A stretch of DNA of 63,942 nt, counting the filler, from Lenisia limosa (Eukaryota > Protista > Breviatea), in NCBI GenBank assembly GCA_001655205.1. It is 11 parts of 11 records of this genome, joined end to end, with 100 filler letters (N's around TTAATTAATTAA, not from the genome) between each part and the next. Parts side by side here need not be neighbours in the genome. Positions count along the whole stretch, not along the records: positions 57,500 to 60,169 come from LPNZ01003445.1; positions 60,270 to 62,797 come from LPNZ01000620.1; positions 62,898 to 63,942 come from LPNZ01006378.1; 8 more parts are not named here. One strand, given 5' to 3'. The notes below the pieces were generated by a model. The model saw only the letters and a list, made by a program, of their open reading frames with translations, ran no database searches and was not told the DNA's origin. A program made the position numbers and the translations under genes. Of this stretch, positions 57,748-63,942 are shown in pieces (within the stretch, counting starts at the first letter, position 1; the number at the start of each line of letters is the position of its first letter).

Positions 57748-60110
57748 ATGCCCTCATTTCTTTGGCAACAGTCATAAGTGACCCGATATTCTCGACATTT
57801 GTTCGAGACACAATTTTGGACTGTTCCGCTCCTGCTGGCACGGTATACTCCCCCCCAGTTGACAAAGCAGCNNNNNNNNNNNNNNNNNNNNNNNNNNNNN
57901 NNNNNNNNNNNNNNNNNNNNNNNNNNNNNNNNNNNNNNNNNNNNNNNNNNNNNNNNNNNNNNATTATCTTGAGTTGGAATAGGAGCAAATATGTTTATCA
58001 ATTCTTGCTTAATCTCAGCCTGTGTAAATGTTACAACTTGGATACAAGTTTGATTGATCACAATTTCAGCGCTGGAAAGCCCATTGGAAGCGTCACTATT
58101 CATGTGGGTTTGGTTGGATTGCCCTAATTGTTAGCGTAGGGTGCTCTATTGTAATTTTATTTTTTTTAACAAATGATTGACCCTATAGTTTGACATGGGC
58201 GTTGTCGTCACGTCCTTGTTACATACGGAAACCTTCCGATCAATGGCGTTCCGTTCCTTCAACTCTCTGGTTGAGCATCACTGTATCAACCCTGCCATTC
58301 TATCCGCAGTACTCGAGTCAAGATTGGACCCCTACATGATGGTTTGCTGAACTTTTCTCCAGCTTTGTTGTCAGAAAGACATCAAAGCTAAGGTGAAGAA
58401 CTACTACCCATCGACTGCATTTATTGATTAAATCCCAAAAAAATATCGTTAATAATTATGTTTTTGTTTGGACTGTCATGATCTTATAGTGCGATAACGA
58501 GTCCCTGGTGTACCAAGAGAAAGACGACGGCAAGTGGCCTATGGCATCGACCCTTTTCCCCCAGTCCAGTGACCCCGGCTGTGACCTCCCGCTCTTCGAC
58601 ATTCTGCCCATCTGGTTCGAGTCGTGCATGCCGCCACTCCTCGTGGTGGGTACAAAGGGGATCATTGTGTTGTTTTGACTCTGTGTGTTTCCTGCGTTTG
58701 GTGCAAATAAGACGCAGGAGTGCAAATAAATGAGATTAAATTGTACTCCTTTTATCCTATATTATGTACTTTGCTATATCATATATATATATATTATATG
58801 ATATTATTTCCCAATCATTGTAGCAGTTGATGATAGTTGTACGGATATGGATTATTTTTTTTTACGATTTTTGTTCAATTTTGCTTTAAGGTCATTGTGT
58901 TTAATAAAAGTATTCTTTGAGTCCGTATTTGTCACTAAGATATTCCTCATTATATTTTCACCGTCAAGGGTATGATGTTTGCACTGTCTGAAGACTTTGA
59001 AGAAGGCCTACAAGCTGGCTACCCTGGTATGTCGGCGGTAGCCATATTCCTTATTTTGAAATTAAATCGGTAAATGTATCCCTCAATCAGTCCTGCCTTC
59101 TCAAAACTGACCCATTAGCCACGCCGTTTCTGAAATTCCCGCGCATAGCTGGCATGTTGACCCCTGAGTCCGCTCTCTGTCTTGCAGTCGCCTTCTTCAT
59201 CAACTACCTCCCCAGCATCACTGAGACAACAGCCAAGTGGGATGGGGCATTAGATCCTTGGTTCTCAGATGCTGTTGAAGCCACTTTTTCATATCATATG
59301 TAAACCAAAACTCTGATCCCGTAGAATCCCTGCCTGGGTTGGCCTCAGTGTTCTCCTGAAATGTGAGAGGGATCATCTTCGTGTTGCCCACGTATTGATA
59401 GTAGCTGTTTCACCTCTGACATAAATGTACTCTTGTTGTTTAGCACATGTTTGTTTCATTCATTATTAGTAACATGAACACCCATCACCCTTTAGGTACC
59501 CCCGATTACTTGGCCTCCTCCACCGTCCAAGGCCTTCTGGGCCGACTTATGGTGTTCATTGAGCGCTCTCAGGACGACGCTCAAGGTTACTGTACCATCT
59601 TCAATGAGCTTATTAGTGGGCCTAATTTTACTTAATTTGAACTGGCGTTTGAAGCTTGGAAGGGAATGGCTTTTGCATTATAAGACCGCAATTTGGTTGT
59701 AACACATTTAGATATCATGTGATATACTATTCACATTCTCTACCGTCTTGATTATTTTTTCATGAACCCATATCGAATATTGGCTGCCTTCTGTCTGACC
59801 CACAGACGGCGCTTCATGTGAGGCTGCTGAGGCCAAACTACCTATCGGAACCTTCCCGTTGGCCTCCCCAAAGCCCCTCATCGTCTACCAGGTTTGCCGA
59901 TAATAGCAATTCTTCAATGATAGTAGGCCAGATGCTACCTCATTTTGTATCTCATTTCTAACTGTTATCTGATTCTTTGCCTGTGTTCATCGAGGATTCA
60001 AAAGTTGTCTTCTGTTTAGGAAGACCACTCATTATGTAGGACCATTGCTGCGTTTTCCCTCGTGAGGACTCCTTCCGCCCTTTGACAATCGTGGGGGCTG
60101 GATTAAGTGG
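57748..60110 (+). CDS. Partial multi-exon hypothetical protein, predicted helical (HEAT/ARM-like composition)
   Basis: ALISLATVISDPIFSTFVRDTILDC|FDMGVVVTSLLHTETFRSMAFRSFNSLVEHHCINPAILSAVLESRLDPYMM|LCCQKDIKAK|...TPDYLASSTVQGLLGRLMVFIERSQDDAQGYCTIFNELI; bounded by linker gaps. Confidence 0.65.
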
Positions 60111-60289
60111 TGCTTCTGATATGATAAACTTCTATTAGGATCGAATTGACTGGATTTGTGAGTATTAGCNNNNNNNNNNNNNNNNNNNNNNNNNNNNNNN
60201 NNNNNNNNNNNNNTTAATTAATTAANNNNNNNNNNNNNNNNNNNNNNNNNNNNNNNNNNNNNNNNNNNNCCCATACCCCGCGCGATGGT

Positions 60290-61170
60290 ACAAGCTTTTG
60301 GCCATTTTCTGACATAAAAAGCTCACCAGCATTGCGGATCAAAAGATTCAGGCTCAAGTGAAGGACCTCACTGAAGAGAATCTGATTGTGAGCTTCGGGT
60401 AATTCGGTGCCTTTACAACGTGCCTTTGCTTTTTTCGTATGGCATCACAACCACACTGCCACTCGAGGGAATGTCTGACTTTTTAGTATGAGCGCATTGA
60501 AGCTGTTCTTGCCCGGATGCGTTTGGAGGATGTCAAAAACAAGAACAAGCAGGAAGGTGCGTTTGGAGCAGTATTTGCCATCATGAGCACTGAGGCAAAA
60601 CAGGGACTCATGAGCTTCAGAATCAGAAGAACCCGAGCACAAGGCTAAGAAGCAGAAGAAATCCGAGCACGAGTGTGTGGGGTTCCTGTCCTAACATCGA
60701 TGTACTTATGGGCTATTGGGACCTTTTTAGCAAGTGTGACTGCCAAACAACCCATCACCAGCACGATAGCTGACTCAGTAGGGAGCTGGAGACTGTTGTC
60801 CCTGAGTTGCCTGCTGACGTCAAGAAGTACTTGCCCTGGGCTGAGGCAGAGGTTTGCTGGCTATTTGGCGTTGACGACGCACACTCCACAGTTCCGCTCT
60901 TTTCTCACATTTCAGATACACCGAACACCGATCACTGAGAAGGAGGTACTCGAGATCCACCAGGTCCTTCTGGAGAAGGAGGAGAGATGGGAGGAAGTCC
61001 GTCAGGTTTGAGGGCTCTTCAACTGGTTTCATTTTTGAACAAGATAATACTTGAAATCAACAAGTACATTGGGATACCATCAACTGGATTTTACTCGTTA
61101 TGCTTCCAGAAACGACTTGAGGAGAGGAAGAAAGATGCCAAGAATATGCCGCAAGTCGATAGGTGAGCGC
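60290..61170 (+). pseudogene. Decayed intronless ORF, possibly a mobile-element ORF1/gag
   Basis: Frameshifted fragments YERIEAVLARMRLEDVKNKNKQEGAFGAVFAIMST, SESEEPEHKAKKQKK and ELETVVPELPADVKKYLPWAEAEVCWLFGVDD. Confidence 0.4.
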
Positions 61171-61639
61171 CTGGTGTCGTTTTTCTGAATTATATCATTC
61201 ACTGCACCATGCCTCAAAAGAGATTAAGCTATTACACAGCATTGATTGGATTTAATGAGCTAGACGCGCCCCGTTTGACCGTTCTCAGCTCTTCCAGTTC
61301 TATTTTTGAGTATCTCAGCTCTTCCAATTCTTTTTGAGTATCATGTATTTTGCTTTATTTTTCTCCCTAAGTGCCTGGCAGTCGCTCTTGCGCACCAGTT
61401 TGGTATCGAAGAAACATTCATTTCAAAACATCAAAATTAAAAAGAAACCATCATAATACACGAAAAGAGTAATAAGAAAAGACATTAAAGAATAGATAAA
61501 GAAAGGATTAAAGAAAATCAATCATCATAGTCCGAACTCATTCCATAGCTTCCGAGCGAAAGAGAAGATGATGAGTCTGTGTCAACTTAAGCTGTGAGAC
61601 ACCCTAATACTCAACAATCTATTTATCGCACAAATTGTC

Positions 61640-62669
61640 AAAAAAAGGCCTCCTACCATCGCTGGCTATAATTGTCTCGCCTTCGGGCATTGCTTCCAAC
61701 TCCGGGGACATTCTGGGAGGTTACGCTCTCTAATGCGGAAACCATCGCTGCATGTGTAATTGAAATGAAATCAGAGATCTACTCACGTGGAACTCCTCTT
61801 CCACCCCACACCCCCGTATACGCTAAAGGAGGCGCCTTGTGTGGCCGAAGGTTGTCAGCGGGGAGTTCTGAATCCGAATCCGAAGACAGGTTGTCGAGGT
61901 CGTCGGCTCTGTGGGGTAAACAAGGCTTCGTGGCAATTTCTCGATAAATCCTCGAATCTCGATGTAAACAATAAGATAATTAAATCCTCGAATCTCGATG
62001 AGATAATTGAATTCGTTTGTGTCCAAAAAGGAGCCAGAAACGGCAGCTCACCCGAAGCCTTGGTGTAATGCTGCAGCCCAACTTGCCAGGGCACCCTTCG
62101 CAATATCCACCGAACCTTTGGGGTGAAAGAGGACCATGGGGGACGGGGTTTCACTGTTTTTGACGCTCAAAAAAGAAGATGCCAGCATATGAGAAATTAC
62201 TCACTAATGTGTTTCCCTGGCTAACCTCGCCTGGAGGCAGGAACAAACGGTGCGACTGAGGGGCTGGTGTTGGCTGACCCGTATCTGAAGACATAAACAA
62301 ACTATCTGATCTTCGTATCATTTCCGACCACTTGGTTAAGGACCCACTTTGAAGATGGACGCGATCGTGGTGGCAGCAAGTTGGCGCCTTGCGAGGGGTC
62401 TGTCACCGCAAGGTTCTGCGATACCATGGCCGAAAAGTCGGCCGTGACAGACTGCCGACGAGTCTTTAGACCTGGGCCGTGAGCTCAATTGACATTCAAC
62501 GATGTTGGTTCCAAACTCAAGTGTGTAAATGGAAGTAAGTAATCAGCCCAAACAAGATGCAGCATCACCCCACGTTTTTCCGTTTTGGGTTTCTGAGAGG
62601 TCGGCTCGGATGAATCGCTATTCAGTCGCGGGGAGGCGCGGACAGTTGGCAGCGCATTTCGGACCTGCA
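61640..62669 (-). CDS. Fragment of a Ser/Pro/Arg-rich multi-exon protein
   Basis: VRNALPTVRASPRLNSDSSEPTSQKPKTEKR, TRRQSVTADFSAMVSQNLAV and ADDLDNLSSDSDSELPADNLRPHKAPPL are flanked by GT/AG sites with C-rich acceptors. Confidence 0.5.
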
Positions 62670-63485
62670 GGGGGTGTGGGGATGAGACACACGAAAAGCT
62701 GTGTGCACAGGGTGAATTGTATACCAAATTTTATTAAACGTGATGGTGTGGACGGCTTCGGCCAGGTAATATCTGTTTTACTTCTCATCTCTACCTGNNN
62801 NNNNNNNNNNNNNNNNNNNNNNNNNNNNNNNNNNNNNNNNNTTAATTAATTAANNNNNNNNNNNNNNNNNNNNNNNNNNNNNNNNNNNNNNNNNNNNAGC
62901 AAAGTATCCAACTTTTTGAAATTAGTTGCCACTGCAAAGAAAACTTTACTTTTTACTTAGCTTGAAAGGTTTTTTCAAGGCTTCTGCATCTGTAAACCTT
63001 GTCTTCTCAAGCTAAATGCGCAATTTCCAGGTATAACACGGATATCAGCATTTTTAACTAAATGTTCAATGTGCTTTTTTCATTGGTTGTCATATCGGCC
63101 TTCATTTCGGACATATATTTCTAGATTCCTAGCGAATAATGGGATAACATATCATAGATATAGTTTATATGTGAGATATCATATAATATACATATACTGG
63201 CGGTCACAAGTCTTAATTATTTTCCCGTGATAAACTCGTTCACCCAATTTTGTTTTTTTGGATATTTAATAGACATGTGCAAGGGGAATTTCATGTAGCA
63301 CAAATTTGACAAGAGGTCGGGACGGTATACCAAGGGATATACTGTCCCAAATTTTGAAAACCTGACACTGATTGCCAATCGTCCTAGCAATTTTGTACAA
63401 CAAAACAAAAATGATATCGAAGTACTTTTCACAAACTCTTTTTTCTTTTATATCATTAATTGATATACAATGTGTTATACTATAC

Positions 63486-63550
63486 AGTGACCGGGCTTGA
63501 CCGATTTTCTTGGCGATTCATAGTAAATCGGTCAAGACTAAATTCGGTCA
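63486..63550. repeat. Family E imperfect inverted-repeat element
   Basis: gtgaccgggcttgaccgattt ... aaatcggtcaagactaaattcggtcac. Confidence 0.65.
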
Positions 63551-63942
63551 CAATGTTATACTATGTAGCTATGTAAGAAAAGGAATAATATAATCAATGT
63601 ACATGTATATGATATATGATATATGATATCATATATACTGTGTACATAGTTATATCATACAGTGTTACTTGGACGGCAGATACCAGGTAATAATCATCAA
63701 GATACCCATAATTTTTCAGGATTTGCAAAAATTGACTCTATGTTCGTCTCCGTTTACGCTTCAAACCCGCCAAGCGTTGTTGCAACCTATCAACTTTCCC
63801 CCCGACAGCGACAACTGGGAGTGTAATCCTATCCCCAAACTTGGCCTTCCCTTCACCATCCCATCAAATAACCGTAGTGTGCCCCCCCCATCCATGTGTT
63901 GGAGTGAAAGATGAGAGGCTGTCCTTCCTTAACTGGTCAAAT

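Noticed and set aside
57725-58103. Minus-strand ORFs (MNSDASNGLSS..., ALSTGGEYTVP...)
   Set aside because: A C-rich acceptor at 57747 and downstream exons support a plus-strand gene, though the 57975-58115 exon frame is unresolved.
63669-63914. 81-aa ORF at the window end
   Set aside because: There is no recognisable motif or clear splice context, so it cannot be assessed.
1-63942. rRNA, tRNA or snRNA genes
   Set aside because: No conserved rRNA segments or tRNA cloverleaf/box patterns were recognised by eye; tRNAscan-SE and Infernal would be needed to exclude small RNAs.

Overview
This is intron-rich eukaryotic genomic DNA from a fragmented draft assembly. It has many N gaps, and 11 of them carry an artificial TTAATTAATTAA six-frame-stop linker, so adjacency across those gaps is uncertain. 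The gene content suggests a protist, plausibly an amoebozoan; that is inference only. Genes rebuilt by hand from GT-AG exons are: a large secreted/type-I membrane protein with beta-helix-like repeats and an EGF domain (-), an inosine-uridine nucleoside hydrolase (+), a long tail-anchored ankyrin-repeat protein (+), an S41-like secreted peptidase (-), an LRR/LRRcap protein (-), a FANCM/Mph1 helicase (-) and several unknown or partial genes. Decayed mobile elements include a pogo-like transposase, a DIRS-like tyrosine-recombinase retrotransposon and at least 15 copies of a ~100-bp MITE. The most striking signal is a dispersed 150-330 bp repeat family that sits at, and supplies, the 3' splice site of many introns in unrelated genes. 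One copy appears to be a whole intron (GTACGC...CACAG). More broadly, introns here have G-rich 5' ends and C-rich 3' ends that are near mirror images. Together these point to an introner-like (intron-generating) element system. All exon coordinates and translations were read by eye and need RNA-seq confirmation. No rRNA, tRNA or CRISPR array was recognised.
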